A DNA stretch of 64,000 bases, taken from assembly GCA_964512325.1 (NCBI GenBank), contig CAZEGN010000001.1:89483-153482 (forward strand), in the 5' to 3' direction. The notes below the pieces were generated by a model, which worked only from the letters and a program-made list of their open reading frames with translations, did no database searches and was not told the DNA's origin. The DNA comes from an uncultured Candidatus Peribacteria bacterium (GTDB taxonomy: Bacteria; Patescibacteriota; Gracilibacteria; RBG-16-42-10). Below, one piece after another: positions 43,514-54,624 of the stretch (positions are counted from its first letter, which is position 1; the number at the start of each line of letters is the position of its first letter). A program made the translations under genes and the position numbers.

Positions 43514-43792
43514 ATGAAAGACCATAACATATTACAGAAAGAGCTAGACCAGGCAAAAACATTAGTAAATTTAGGTGATATTTACCACCACTATAAGCAT
43601 CCCGAGCGCTATTATCAGATCATCACTCTAGGATTTATAGAGAGCAATGAAGAAATTAGTGTGGTATACCAAAGTCTCTATGCGCCATATTTTACCTGGA
43701 TTAGACCTCTTAGTAATTTCACACAAACTGTTGAAAGCAATGGACAAACAGTACATCGTTTTCAAAAGTCAGTCCCATCACTCAGCAGATAG
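43514..43792 (+). CDS. DUF1653-family small protein
   Basis: YHHYKHPERYYQIITLGFIESNEEISVVYQSLYAPYFTWIRPLSNF matches the DUF1653 pattern (from memory). Confidence 0.6.
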   Translation: MKDHNILQKELDQAKTLVNLGDIYHHYKHPERYYQIITLGFIESNEEISVVYQSLYAPYFTWIRPLSNFTQTVESNGQTVHRFQKSVPSLSR

Positions 43793-43854
43793 CAAAAGCT
43801 CTAGCTCTTTTTTCATCTCAGATCTCTAAGCTAAGGTCTTCTTTTCTTTGATGT

Positions 43855-45273
43855 TTAGTTCCCCTCCTTTAAGGTTCCTTGAATCAGGGTAAACTGCTCG
43901 ATATAACGAATAAATGACTGACTAATAGTAATGTCCATTCCCAAAGCTTGGTCTAAACGGGTGGCCGTTTTCTTTTCAAATACGCCTTGGTTCTCAACTT
44001 TTGTTAGTTGGACATTATACTGTTCTTGGAAAGCAGCTACTGCTTGCATCGTTTGTTCACCGTAAAAGTCTGTGACTGGCCCCTTATAGATTCCAATTTT
44101 TTGCAGTTTTTCTTGTAAAATACTCACTTCTGGACTCTTGTCCCCTTTCTTTAGCACAACAACAGGGATCGGTGCGGCTGTTTTCTTGCCAAGCAATACA
44201 GCTAACAAGCGATTACGAGTTCCTTCGTCAAACTCACCAGCACCAGTATCATTAGCATTTTCAATTAAACCTTCTGCCAATTGAAAACGAGTAATTGCTG
44301 CTTTAGTGGAAGGTCCGAAGTAACCAGTAATTGTTGGTGCATCAAAATAGCCTAAGTTACGCAGATTTTCTTGCAACTTACTAACCTCACTGCCCTGTGC
44401 ACCGTAATCAAGTGCAATGCTTACCAAGGGAGTGTCTGCCGGCTTCGCAAGAGCAGTGGTAACTTTTTCTATAGCTTCAGTTGGACTTGACGATTCCTTT
44501 TTTGTTGAGCCCTGTAACGCTAGTAAGGCCTGCCAAGTCCGCGGTCCTACCACACCAGCACCATAAGCATTCTGATCAATTACAATTTTTTTGTCGACTT
44601 GAAACTTAATGAGTTCCATCTCTAATAGCGCATCAAAGTCTCCTTTGGCAGCGACATCATATCCATTTTCTTTCAGAATTCTTCGTAGTAGTAAAACATC
44701 TTCGCCAGTTTCTCCTAAGCTTAAGTTTTTATGTCCTCCTGATAACTTTTGCTCCCAATATGATGATGGCAAGGCAGCATTTGGCAAGTTATAATCACCA
44801 ATTCTTGCTTGCACATCAGGTGGAATAGCACTTCCTGGCAAATAAACAGTACAGCTGGTTGTACGCTTTCCCCAGTTAAGTGCACGCGCCAATCCCTCAT
44901 CACCCTTTCCAACCCATATATCAAACCTGTTTCCTTTAATTGCGCCACCACGGTCATGTACTTTTCCTACACCAAACCCACCAATATCAATAATTGTGCC
45001 AAAAGGATATTCTGGGGGGGCTGCAACCACTCCAACTTTTACTTTGGTGCCATCTGCTGTTGTATCGTCTCCATTTAAAGCAATATCAGCAGCCAAGTTC
45101 CCCTTAATATAAGACTGTTGTCCTTCAATTGGTTGATAGTAAGCCGTAACCACACAATCTAAAGAATTGACAAGATCAACTTGATCCGCATCACTACCAG
45201 CAGCATAAGTCTGCGCTGGAATCAGCATACCAAACACTAAAATCATTATCGAAATCTTTTTATTTTTGTACAT
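43855..45273 (-). CDS. secreted cell-wall protein: 3D domain + three peptidoglycan-binding (PG_binding_1) repeats
   Basis: Signal peptide. GTIIDIGGFGVGKVHDRGGAIKGNRFDIWV is the 3D domain. Three G..G.(D/E)V..LQ..L..LG(Y/I)....G.FG..T..A...FQ repeats follow. Confidence 0.7.
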   Translation of the reverse strand: MYKNKKISIMILVFGMLIPAQTYAAGSDADQVDLVNSLDCVVTAYYQPIEGQQSYIKGNLAADIALNGDDTTADGTKVKVGVVAAPPEYPFGTIIDIGGFGVGKVHDRGGAIKGNRFDIWVGKGDEGLARALNWGKRTTSCTVYLPGSAIPPDVQARIGDYNLPNAALPSSYWEQKLSGGHKNLSLGETGEDVLLLRRILKENGYDVAAKGDFDALLEMELIKFQVDKKIVIDQNAYGAGVVGPRTWQALLALQGSTKKESSSPTEAIEKVTTALAKPADTPLVSIALDYGAQGSEVSKLQENLRNLGYFDAPTITGYFGPSTKAAITRFQLAEGLIENANDTGAGEFDEGTRNRLLAVLLGKKTAAPIPVVVLKKGDKSPEVSILQEKLQKIGIYKGPVTDFYGEQTMQAVAAFQEQYNVQLTKVENQGVFEKKTATRLDQALGMDITISQSFIRYIEQFTLIQGTLKEGN

Positions 45274-45342
45274 GTTTTTTGTGTTTATCTCCTAATTATA
45301 TCAATAATTTGCGTTAATATTTGTTATCAGGAGCAATTACTG

Positions 45343-45371
45343 TTGACAGGCAAACAGGGTGTCACTATAGT
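45343..45371 (+). promoter_or_regulatory. near-consensus promoter of rpoBC
   Basis: TTGACA - 17 nt - TATAGT, about 108 nt upstream of the rpoB ATG. Confidence 0.6.
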
Positions 45372-45479
45372 CATCTTGAACTCTGTTAGGCTCCCGGTAT
45401 TTTGCTTTGTTTTCTCTACAAAGCCCGAGGCACGCCTGTAAATGCGCGCTTATTTATCTTCATTACCCTTTATTACCCT

Positions 45480-48400
45480 ATGGTTAAAAAGTTTACTGAA
45501 CGTAGGTACTTTACTCCTCAGGCAGACATTTTGGATCTACCTAATTTAATTGAAGTCCAGCTAAATTCCTACAACTGGTTTCTTGCAGATGGCATTCAAG
45601 AGCTGCTAGAGGAAGTTAATCCTATTCAGGATTTCACAGGCAAGAATCTCGAGTTACATTTCTTAAGTCATACTCTAGATAAACCGAAGTACGATGAGAA
45701 GACTTCAAAGGCAAAGAACATTACGTTCGAAGCTCCCCTTCGCTGTCAGGTGCAACTTATTAATAAGGTAACTGGAGAAGTAAAAGAGCAAGAAGTGTTT
45801 TTGGGAAATCTTCCGATGATGACTCCACGCGGCACATTTATTATTAATGGTGTAGAGCGTGTGGTAATTAGTCAAATTGTGCGCTCGCCTGGTGTAATCT
45901 TCACCAAAGATGAGAATACGGGCTATTTTGGAGCGAAAATCATCCCTAATCGTGGAGCTTGGTTAGAAATTGAAACCGGAAAGAAAGGTGTTATTACTGT
46001 AAAAGTAGATCGCAAAAGAAAAGTTCCAGTAACAGCATTACTCAGATCATTTGGATTCAGCAAAGACAAAGACATTTTAGATACTTTCAAAGACATTGTT
46101 GGCAACTCAGAAGTTGACTTTATTTTAGCAACTTTAGAGCGTGATCCTACCAGTAATGAAGAAGAGGGTCTGCAAGCTGTATACAAACGTATTCGCCCTG
46201 GTGACTTGGCAACCTCAGAAAATGCTAAGTCTCTATTACAATCAATGTTCTTTGACTATCGTCATTATGACATTGGTCGAGTAGGTCGATACAAAATCAA
46301 CAAGCGCCTCAATGTAAATACTCCGATTGATAAAGAACACCGTGTATTTCAAGTTGAGGATTTAATTGCAATTATTAAAGAGATTATTCGCTTGAATAAT
46401 ACTCCTGATGCAGTTGAAGATGATATTGACCACTTAGGAAATCGCCGCGTGCGTCCAATTGGTGAACTAGCGCAAAACAAATTCCGCGTTGGTTTGCTCC
46501 GCACTGAACGTATCTGTAAAGATCGCATGACCGTTCTAGATCTAGAAACTGTAGTGCCAACACAATTAATCAATGCTCGTCCAATTATTGCTGCTATGCG
46601 TGAGTTCTTTGCAAGCTCACAGCTTTCACAATTTATGGACCAAACAAATCCACTCTCTGAATTGGATCACAAGCGTCGCTTGTCAGCTACAGGCCCAGGA
46701 GGACTTACGCGAGAACGAGCATCTTTTGATGTCCGTGATGTGCATCGCACACACTATGGTCGTATTTGTCCAATTGCCACACCTGAAGGACCAAATATTG
46801 GTTTAGTAGTACATCTTTCTACTTATGCCAGAATTAATGAGCACGGCTTCATTGAAACGCCATATCGCAAAGTTTCACAAACTGCACCGAACAAAGAAAA
46901 GGATTTATTAGGTCATACCATTGGTGAAGCTATTTTCGATCCAAAAAGCAAAAAAGAATTAATCCCTGATCGTACAGTCATCGGGAAAAAAGAGGTAGCT
47001 GTGCTTGCAAAGTTGAAGGATTTAAAACAAGTTCCAGTCCGTCCATATGTAACTAATGATGTAGAATATTACGATGCAGATGAAGAAACTGATTTTGTAG
47101 TGGCCCAGGCAACAATCCCTGTGAATGATATCGGTGAGTTTGTTGAAAATCGCGTTTCTGCTCGTAAAGATGGTGAAGCAGCGCTTTATCATATTAAGGA
47201 ATTAACCCATGTAGATATCGCACCAAAACAAGTGGTATCTGTTTCAACCTCCCTTATTCCATTCGTAGAACATGATGAGGGAGCCCGTGCTTTGATGGGT
47301 TCAAATATGCAACGTCAAGCCGTTTCATTAATTAAACCGGAGGCACCAGTGGTGGGCACCGGCATGGAAGGTCTCGCTGCGGTCAACTCACAACAAGTAA
47401 TTATTGCCGAGGATGATGGCGTGATTTCATTTGTAGATGCAACCCGCATTACTATGATTACTGGCGCCGGCAAGAAAGTGACTTACGATTTAAACACTTT
47501 TGCTCGATCTAACCAAGGCACCTGTATTCATCAAAGACCAATCGTTGAAAAGGATCAAAAAGTCAAGAAAGGTCAGGTCCTAGCCGATGGTCCTGCCACA
47601 GATCATGGTGAGCTCGCTTTAGGTATGAACCTACTCGTAGCCTACATGCCATGGCAAGGAGGAAATTTCGAAGACGCTATTTTGCTTTCAGAGAATATTA
47701 TTAAGAGAGACTGTTATTCATCAATCCATATTGAAGACTATCCTGTAGATCTACGTGATACCAAACTTGGTCCCGAAGAAATCACTAGAGATATTCCTAA
47801 TATTGGTGATGACAAATTAAAGCATCTCGATGAAGATGGCATTATCCGTATTGGCGCCGAAGTAAAGGAAGGCGACATTTTAGTTGGTAAACTTACCCCA
47901 AAAGGAGAAACCGAACTCACTGCAGAAGAAAGACTACTTCGTGCTATTTTCGGTGAAAAAGCGCGTGAAGCAAAAGATAGCAGCTTAAGAATGCCTGGAG
48001 GCAGTCAAGGTAAAGTAGTAGGAATCAAAGTATTTTCACGCGATAAAGGTGATGAGTTACCTACAGGTGTGATTAAACAGGTTGTAATTAGCGTTGCGCA
48101 GATTAAACGTTTACAAGTTGGTGACAAGCTAGCAGGTCGGCACGGAAATAAAGGTGTGATCTCACGCATTGTCAAAGTGGAAGACATGCCTTATCTAGCT
48201 GATGGCACACCGGTTGATATTGTACTTAATCCTCTCGGTGTAGTAAGTCGTATGAACATTGGTCAATTACTTGAAGCTGAACTAGGCTGGGCAGCAAGAC
48301 AACTTGGATTCAAAGTGGCAACACCAGTGCTTAATGGTATTACTGAAGACACAATTCGTGACCTGCAAAAAGAGGCTGGCATTAGTCAGACTGGCAAAGT

Positions 48401-48977
48401 ACAATTATTCGATGGTACTACAGGTGAACCATTCGACAATGAAAGCCTTGTGGGTATTACGTATATCATGAAGCTTTCTCATTTGGTTGATGACAAGATC
48501 CATGCTCGTTCAATTGGACCATACTCGCTTGTTACCCAACAACCTCTTGGCGGAAAAGCGCAACATGGAGGTCAAAGATTTGGAGAAATGGAAGTGTGGG
48601 CATTGGAAGCGTACGGTGCAGCTTACACGCTACAAGAGATGCTTACTATCAAGTCAGACGATGTAGTTGGTAGATCAAAAGCTTATGAAGCAATTATTAA
48701 GGGTGAGCCTATCAAGAAACCTCGAACCCCAGAATCATTTAATGTATTGGTAAGAGAGTTACAAAGCTTAGGTTTAAATGTGGATCTATATGGTAAAGGT
48801 GAGGTTCCTTCAGAGGACTTCAACTTCAACGAGTTGCTAAGTGGAAATGTCGACGCTTTCTTGCAAAGACAACATGAAGCACAAAATCATGTACCAGCAG
48901 CTGAAGCGCACCCAACAACAGAAAGCTCTGCAACGGTTGCACAAGAAACAGCGTCTGACACAAGTACCAACGCTTAA
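45480..48977 (+). CDS. rpoB: DNA-directed RNA polymerase beta subunit
   Basis: [11 protein letters not shown]... start (I prefer the ATG at 45480), plus [29 protein letters not shown] and [11 protein letters not shown]. Confidence 0.97.
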   Translation: MVKKFTERRYFTPQADILDLPNLIEVQLNSYNWFLADGIQELLEEVNPIQDFTGKNLELHFLSHTLDKPKYDEKTSKAKNITFEAPLRCQVQLINKVTGEVKEQEVFLGNLPMMTPRGTFIINGVERVVISQIVRSPGVIFTKDENTGYFGAKIIPNRGAWLEIETGKKGVITVKVDRKRKVPVTALLRSFGFSKDKDILDTFKDIVGNSEVDFILATLERDPTSNEEEGLQAVYKRIRPGDLATSENAKSLLQSMFFDYRHYDIGRVGRYKINKRLNVNTPIDKEHRVFQVEDLIAIIKEIIRLNNTPDAVEDDIDHLGNRRVRPIGELAQNKFRVGLLRTERICKDRMTVLDLETVVPTQLINARPIIAAMREFFASSQLSQFMDQTNPLSELDHKRRLSATGPGGLTRERASFDVRDVHRTHYGRICPIATPEGPNIGLVVHLSTYARINEHGFIETPYRKVSQTAPNKEKDLLGHTIGEAIFDPKSKKELIPDRTVIGKKEVAVLAKLKDLKQVPVRPYVTNDVEYYDADEETDFVVAQATIPVNDIGEFVENRVSARKDGEAALYHIKELTHVDIAPKQVVSVSTSLIPFVEHDEGARALMGSNMQRQAVSLIKPEAPVVGTGMEGLAAVNSQQVIIAEDDGVISFVDATRITMITGAGKKVTYDLNTFARSNQGTCIHQRPIVEKDQKVKKGQVLADGPATDHGELALGMNLLVAYMPWQGGNFEDAILLSENIIKRDCYSSIHIEDYPVDLRDTKLGPEEITRDIPNIGDDKLKHLDEDGIIRIGAEVKEGDILVGKLTPKGETELTAEERLLRAIFGEKAREAKDSSLRMPGGSQGKVVGIKVFSRDKGDELPTGVIKQVVISVAQIKRLQVGDKLAGRHGNKGVISRIVKVEDMPYLADGTPVDIVLNPLGVVSRMNIGQLLEAELGWAARQLGFKVATPVLNGITEDTIRDLQKEAGISQTGKVQLFDGTTGEPFDNESLVGITYIMKLSHLVDDKIHARSIGPYSLVTQQPLGGKAQHGGQRFGEMEVWALEAYGAAYTLQEMLTIKSDDVVGRSKAYEAIIKGEPIKKPRTPESFNVLVRELQSLGLNVDLYGKGEVPSEDFNFNELLSGNVDAFLQRQHEAQNHVPAAEAHPTTESSATVAQETASDTSTNA

Positions 48978-49007
48978 TATTGAATTATTATCCCTTATAA
49001 ATATTTT

Positions 49008-52000
49008 ATGGCACAAACCTTTCATCGCCAAGACAAAAGTTATATTCCTCATGATTTTGACGCGATAGCTGTTTCTGTCGCTTCACCAGAGCAAATTCTT
49101 TCCTGGTCATATGGTGAAGTCACAAAGCCAGAAACAATTAACTACCGTACTCAAAAGCCTGAACGTGATGGATTATTCTGTGAGAAAATTTTTGGTCCCA
49201 CTAAAAACTGGGAATGTTACTGTGGTAAATACAAGAAAGTTCGCTACAAGAATATTGTATGTGATCGTTGTGGAGTTGAAGTCACACGCTCATCGGTTCG
49301 TCGTGAACGCATGGGACACATCAAATTAGCTGTACCAGTAACTCACATCTGGTTTTTACGATCAACACCATCTCGTATTGGTTTATTATTAAACCTCTCA
49401 ATCAAAACTCTCGAACAAGTAGTTTACTTTGCAAGCTACATTATTGAAGATGTTAATGAGGAAGCAAAAGCTTCTGCTCTGAAAGAGCTCGAACATGATT
49501 ATCGCAATCGCAGCAAGCGCTTGCAAGAAACATACGAACAAAAGAGCAATGAAATGCGAGTTCAGAAAGTAGCAGCTAAAGAGCTCCAAAAGTATCAAGA
49601 AGAACAAGCGGAAGAATTGAAGTCTCTTACAGAGAATTTTGAGCGCGCCCGCGAAGATTTGAATAGCATTGAAAAATACGCTGTTGTCTCTGAATTGAAA
49701 TACCGTGACCTATCAATGAAATTTGGTCATGTATTTCGTGCTGGCATTGGTGCACAAGCAATCCGTGATGTAATTGAGAATATTGATCTAGTGGAATTGC
49801 TTCGCGCTCTTCGTGAAGAAATGAAAAATGCACAAGGCCAAAAGAGAAAGAAAATCAGCAAACGATTAATGCTCGTCGGAAATCTTATTAAGTCAGGATT
49901 AAGTCCTGAATGGATGGTAATGACAGTATTACCAGTAATTCCACCAGATATTCGTCCTATGGTACCACTGGATGGTGGTCGCTATGCTGCCTCTGATCTC
50001 AATGATCTGTATCGTCGCATCATCAACCGCAACAATCGTTTACGACGTTTGCTTGAAATTGGTGCACCAGAGGTTATTTGTCGCAATGAGAAGCGCATGC
50101 TACAGGAAGCTGTCGATGCTCTTATCAACAATTCTGCACGGGCAGGAAGAGCGGTTACCAAGACGGGCTCATCTCGTTTACAGCTCAAGAGTCTTTCTGA
50201 CATGCTCAAAGGAAAACAAGGTCGTTTCCGTCAAAATCTCTTAGGTAAACGTGTGGATTATTCTGGCCGCTCTGTAATCGTAGTTGGTCCAAAGCTAAAA
50301 TTGCATCAATGTGGTCTACCAAAGAAAATGGCATTAGAACTTTTCAAGCCATTCATTATTGGCAAATTAATTCAAAAAGGACAGGCTCATAACATTAAAA
50401 ATGCTGAGAAACTGATGGAGTGGGAGCGCTCAGAAGTATGGGATGCATTGGAAGAAATCACACAAACACATTATGTATTGTTGAACCGTGCACCTACACT
50501 TCACCGTTTAGGTATTCAAGCTTTCCAACCAGTGTTAATTGAGGGTAAAGCAATTCAGCTTCACCCACTTGTTTGTTCTGCATTCAATGCCGACTTCGAT
50601 GGAGATCAAATGGCAGTACACTTGCCACTTTCAGTCCATGCTCAGGCTGAGGCCCATGAAATAATGCTTTCTGCGAAGAACCTACTAAAACCGTCTGATG
50701 GTCAAGCAATCACGCCACCATCACTTGATATGGTATTAGGTTGTTATTATCTCACCCAAGATAGCGGTGAGGAATCTGCAATGGTATTCACCGACATTAA
50801 CGAAGCAATTACCGCCTATCGTCTGAAACATGTGGGCTTGAGAGATAAAGTAAAAGCGCGTGTCAAAGGAGAAATTATCGAGACAACTATCGGACGCATG
50901 ATTTTCAATAGCTTTTTGCCTACTGAACTTGGTTACCAGAATAAAACGCTGAACAAAAAAGAGCTTGCTGGCCTGATTGCTGAATGTTATGAAAAATGCG
51001 GTCCAGACCGTACAGCTGTATTAGTAGATGAAATTAAACGCGTGGGCTTTAAGTTTGCAACAAAGTCCGGTATCAGTTTGGCAGTTCATGATTTCCAAGT
51101 ATCTGACAAAAAACAAGCTGTACTTGATGAATCAAGTGAATTAGTAGCTGAAGTCACCCGTAAATATCGCAAAGGTCTACTGACCGATGAAGAAAGATAC
51201 TTAAATATCTTGAAGATTTGGAAAAACACCAAGGAAGAAGTATCTAAGCAGATCGCAGATATTATCGACCATAAGGGAATTGTTTATACCTTGGTTGACT
51301 CTGGTGCTCGTGGTACCTGGAGTCAGATTACACAAATTGCAGGTATGAAAGGTCTCGTCGCTAATCCTGCAGGAAAAACAATTGAATTGCCGATCAAATC
51401 AAACTTCTTGGAAGGCTTCCAAGTGTTGGAATACTTTATTGCTCAGCATGGTGGACGTAAAGGTAAGTCCGATACAGCTCTTAAAACAGCTAATGCGGGT
51501 TATCTAACTCGTCGTTTGGTTGATGCTGTACAAGATGTAGTTGTGCGCGAAGAGGATTGTGGTACTACGGATCTAAACCCAATTGCAATTGCTGATGCGA
51601 AAAAAGCTGGTGAAAAGCTCACCAATCGTATCTTTGGTCGAACCTTAGCAAAACCGCTCAGCGATCCAAAAACGGGCGAGATCATTGCTGAAGAAGGTGC
51701 TGAAATCGATTTAAATCTGGTAAGAGTGATTGAAAAAATGGATATAGACACAATCTATATCCGTTCAGTTATCACTTGCCAGACTGTCGATGGTGTTTGT
51801 CAGCGCTGTTATGGTCGTGACCTTGCTTATAATCGTACAGTACGCCTAGGCACAGCAGTTGGTATTATCGCTGCACAAAGTATCGGTGAACCTGGTACAC
51901 AGCTTACTATGCGCACATTCCACTCTGGAGGTGTAGCTGAAGTAAAAGATATTACTCAAGGTTTGCCACGTGTAGAAGAACTCTTTGAGGCACGTACTCC

Positions 52001-52880
52001 CAAAACACCTGCAGTACTAGTTGAAATTGATGGTACTGTGAGTATTGAAAGACGAACCAATCAAAATGCAGTCACTGTTACAGCAGATCAGCTTGGTGTT
52101 GATGTTTATGACATCGAAGGTTACATGCCTTTAGTGAAAGATGGCATGATGGTAAATCCAAAAGAGATAATCGCTAAGAATCAGAAGAATCAGGATGTTA
52201 TTCGTGCAATTAATAGAGGAAAAGTAGCAGTAGAAGGAAACAAGATTAAGATTCACCACACTGAACTAATTAAGCGTGAATATATTGTTCCAGCACGTAT
52301 TCCAATGAAAGTAGCAGATGGTGCTAAGGTCAAATCTGGAAGCACTTTAACAGAGGGCCACTTAAATCTAGTAGATTTAATCAATCTCACTGATATTCTT
52401 ACTGCTCAAAAGTACATTATTAATGAGGTTCAAAGCATCTACTCTGCTCAAGGACAAACTATCAATGATAAACACATTGAAATTATTGTTCGCCAAATGT
52501 TCTCTAAAGCTCGTGTTGTCGACAGTGGCGACTCAACTTACCTGCCAGGTCAAGTTGTTAACTTCCTTCGCATCAATGAAGTTAACAAAGCACTAGAAGC
52601 CGAAGGCAAACGTCCGGCACGCTTTGAGCGCTTATTGCTCGGTCTGATCCGCACCTCACTTACTACTGAAAGTTGGTTATCTGCAGCATCTTTCCAGGAG
52701 ACAATTCGTGTGCTTGTGGAGGCAGCAGTAACTAAGAAAGTAGATAATTTGAAGGGTTTGAAAGAAAACGTAATCATTGGTCGCTTGATTAAAGCAGGCC
52801 AAGTATATGAGGCTGAGCATGAAGGTCGCTCAATTGAGCAACCAATATTGAGCGAAGAAGAGATTGCGAGTCTAGCTTGA
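49008..52880 (+). CDS. rpoC: DNA-directed RNA polymerase beta' subunit
   Basis: Zn-finger CYCGKYKK..CDRCGVEV, NADFDGDQMAVH catalytic loop and a trigger-loop region. Confidence 0.97.
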   Translation: MAQTFHRQDKSYIPHDFDAIAVSVASPEQILSWSYGEVTKPETINYRTQKPERDGLFCEKIFGPTKNWECYCGKYKKVRYKNIVCDRCGVEVTRSSVRRERMGHIKLAVPVTHIWFLRSTPSRIGLLLNLSIKTLEQVVYFASYIIEDVNEEAKASALKELEHDYRNRSKRLQETYEQKSNEMRVQKVAAKELQKYQEEQAEELKSLTENFERAREDLNSIEKYAVVSELKYRDLSMKFGHVFRAGIGAQAIRDVIENIDLVELLRALREEMKNAQGQKRKKISKRLMLVGNLIKSGLSPEWMVMTVLPVIPPDIRPMVPLDGGRYAASDLNDLYRRIINRNNRLRRLLEIGAPEVICRNEKRMLQEAVDALINNSARAGRAVTKTGSSRLQLKSLSDMLKGKQGRFRQNLLGKRVDYSGRSVIVVGPKLKLHQCGLPKKMALELFKPFIIGKLIQKGQAHNIKNAEKLMEWERSEVWDALEEITQTHYVLLNRAPTLHRLGIQAFQPVLIEGKAIQLHPLVCSAFNADFDGDQMAVHLPLSVHAQAEAHEIMLSAKNLLKPSDGQAITPPSLDMVLGCYYLTQDSGEESAMVFTDINEAITAYRLKHVGLRDKVKARVKGEIIETTIGRMIFNSFLPTELGYQNKTLNKKELAGLIAECYEKCGPDRTAVLVDEIKRVGFKFATKSGISLAVHDFQVSDKKQAVLDESSELVAEVTRKYRKGLLTDEERYLNILKIWKNTKEEVSKQIADIIDHKGIVYTLVDSGARGTWSQITQIAGMKGLVANPAGKTIELPIKSNFLEGFQVLEYFIAQHGGRKGKSDTALKTANAGYLTRRLVDAVQDVVVREEDCGTTDLNPIAIADAKKAGEKLTNRIFGRTLAKPLSDPKTGEIIAEEGAEIDLNLVRVIEKMDIDTIYIRSVITCQTVDGVCQRCYGRDLAYNRTVRLGTAVGIIAAQSIGEPGTQLTMRTFHSGGVAEVKDITQGLPRVEELFEARTPKTPAVLVEIDGTVSIERRTNQNAVTVTADQLGVDVYDIEGYMPLVKDGMMVNPKEIIAKNQKNQDVIRAINRGKVAVEGNKIKIHHTELIKREYIVPARIPMKVADGAKVKSGSTLTEGHLNLVDLINLTDILTAQKYIINEVQSIYSAQGQTINDKHIEIIVRQMFSKARVVDSGDSTYLPGQVVNFLRINEVNKALEAEGKRPARFERLLLGLIRTSLTTESWLSAASFQETIRVLVEAAVTKKVDNLKGLKENVIIGRLIKAGQVYEAEHEGRSIEQPILSEEEIASLA

Positions 52881-52924
52881 CGAATTCATAACCTTTAGTT
52901 AATTTAACGCAGCTTACAAATATT

Positions 52925-53341
52925 ATGCCAACAATTAATCAACTTATTCGCAAACCACGCAAGAAAGTTTGGGCAAAATCCAAGTCCCCAGCTTTGCAGT
53001 TTGCTCGCAATGTGCTCAAGAAAATTGATGTACCGTTGAAGCGTGGAGCTCCTCTAAAGCGTGGAGTATGTACAAAAGTAACCACAATGACACCTAAGAA
53101 GCCTAACTCAGCGATTCGTAAAATTGCTCGTGTAAAACTCAGTAATGGTCTTGAAGTTACAGCATATATCCCTGGTGAGGGACATAACTTGCAGGAACAC
53201 TCTGTTGTAGTTATTCGTGGTGGTCGCGTAAAGGATCTTCCTGGTGTGCGCTATCACATTGTGCGCGGTTCATTAGATACTGCCGGTGTGGAGGCTCGCC
53301 GCCAAGGCCGCAGTAAGTATGGTAACAAACGTCCTAAGTAA
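52925..53341 (+). CDS. rpsL: 30S ribosomal protein S12 (with ~15-aa insertion)
   Basis: [12 protein letters not shown]..., [10 protein letters not shown] and [13 protein letters not shown]. Confidence 0.97.
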   Translation: MPTINQLIRKPRKKVWAKSKSPALQFARNVLKKIDVPLKRGAPLKRGVCTKVTTMTPKKPNSAIRKIARVKLSNGLEVTAYIPGEGHNLQEHSVVVIRGGRVKDLPGVRYHIVRGSLDTAGVEARRQGRSKYGNKRPK

Positions 53342-53347
53342 TAGTGT

Positions 53348-53779
53348 ATGAAAAAACGAGTACTCACTCTCAAAGAGAAACTTACCAATATGATTATGAT
53401 GCGCGGAAAGAAATCGATCGCGCTGGACATAGTCAATCGTGCCTTCGCAACAATTGCAGAGCAAAAAAAGAATCCTGACGAGGTTTTTGCTGCAGCATTC
53501 GAAACAGTTGCTCCTGTAATCGAAGTTAAAGCTCGCCGTATTGGTGGTTCTAACTATCAAATTCCAGTAGAGGTAAAACCTAATCGTCGTCAGACTTTGG
53601 CACTTCGTTGGATTATCGGTGCTGCTCGCGAACGCAAGGGGTCAGATATGGCTACCAAGCTTGCAGCTGAGCTTCTAGAAGCTAGCAATAATCAGGGTGG
53701 TGCTATCAAAAAGCGTGATGACACTCATCGTATGGCTGAAGCAAACAAAGCATTTGCTCATTTTGCTAAATATTTCTAA
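53348..53779 (+). CDS. rpsG: 30S ribosomal protein S7
   Basis: MMRGKKSIA..IV, VEVKARRIGGSNYQIPVEV and RDDTHRMAEANKAFAHF. Confidence 0.95.
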   Translation: MKKRVLTLKEKLTNMIMMRGKKSIALDIVNRAFATIAEQKKNPDEVFAAAFETVAPVIEVKARRIGGSNYQIPVEVKPNRRQTLALRWIIGAARERKGSDMATKLAAELLEASNNQGGAIKKRDDTHRMAEANKAFAHFAKYF

Positions 53780-53808
53780 GCTATATTGCTTAATTGAAAT
53801 AAAAAAAG

Positions 53809-53842
53809 GTACCCTACTATTAGATAAGTGGGGTGCTTTTTT
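53809..53842 (+). terminator. intrinsic terminator after rpsG
   Basis: GTACCCTAC / GTGGGGTGC stem (9 bp, two G-U), 10-nt loop and TTTTTT tail. An A-tract lies upstream. Confidence 0.6.
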
Positions 53843-53856
53843 AAAAAATTCTCGCT

Positions 53857-54522
53857 ATGACAGAAACACAAGATTTAACGCAAGTACTAAAAGGGCGGCT
53901 CAGTATATTTATTGATTCCAGCAATGTCTTTTTTATTAGCAAGAAATTAAGAGTCAGAATTGACTATGAAAAAGTCTTAGAATTTTTCAGGACCTTCGAC
54001 CCGCAAACTAAGTGTTTTTTCTATACAGCCTATCAAGAAGGCTATGAAAAACAATTAGAATACCTACAAACCTTAGAGAAGGCAGGAATTGCAGTGAGAA
54101 AGAAACCGTTGAAATTTATTACCACACCAAAGGGGAAACAAAAGCTCAAGGCACTTGAAAAAGATTATGCAGATAACGATGCTCAAAAGAATACACCTGT
54201 GGAGTTCACACCGGAGGATGGTTTCTTCAAAGGAAACATGGATGTGGAGCTTGCCATTGATGCCATTCGTACAATGTCGCAATATGACACTTGTATTCTT
54301 TTCTCCGGCGATAGTGATTTCCACTCGCTGCTTGCATACCTCAAAGAACACGATAAAAATGTTGTAGTTATCTCCCACCCCGGCTTTGTGGCCGAAGAAT
54401 TAACTAATGTAGCTAGCTTTATTAATATTGGCGAATATTTAAAAAGAAAATCACCGAAGCCCAGAAGACTGACAAAAAGGAAATCATCCCCTCCCCAAGC
54501 AAATCATAATTCAACACACTAA
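53857..54522 (+). CDS. NYN/LabA-like (PIN-fold) domain protein with basic tail
   Basis: LSIFIDSSNVFF ... KGNMDVELAIDAI ... ILFSGDSDFHSLL, the three acidic motifs of NYN/LabA domains. C-terminal KRKSPKPRRLTKRK. Confidence 0.65.
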   Translation: MTETQDLTQVLKGRLSIFIDSSNVFFISKKLRVRIDYEKVLEFFRTFDPQTKCFFYTAYQEGYEKQLEYLQTLEKAGIAVRKKPLKFITTPKGKQKLKALEKDYADNDAQKNTPVEFTPEDGFFKGNMDVELAIDAIRTMSQYDTCILFSGDSDFHSLLAYLKEHDKNVVVISHPGFVAEELTNVASFINIGEYLKRKSPKPRRLTKRKSSPPQANHNSTH

Positions 54523-54551
54523 TTGCCAAGGTCCAGCTTTTCTTTTAGAAT
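54523..54551 (+). promoter_or_regulatory. candidate promoter of fusA
   Basis: TTGCCA - 17 nt - TAGAAT, starting immediately after the NYN gene stop. Confidence 0.5.
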
Positions 54552-54624
54552 GCTCGCGCTTTAGGACTCACAAAAGTCTTACGGTTACTTCCATTAGTAA
54601 TTATTTATTATTCATTTTTAGTAT

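Noticed and set aside
45402-45479. N-terminal extensions in the ORF track (rpoB from 45402, miaB from 31124, SH3b protein from 42312, recombinase from 16595)
   Set aside because: The conserved protein N-termini ([22 protein letters not shown], signal peptide MKKLFIF, MKAIIFARVST) begin at internal Mets. The extensions overlap promoters or upstream genes.
45923-52777. Numerous 60-90-aa antisense or out-of-frame ORFs inside rpoB and rpoC (similar ones occur inside the A2M gene, fusA, tuf, rplB and rplD)
   Set aside because: They are embedded in strongly conserved genes, short, and without motifs or signals. These are typical spurious frames.
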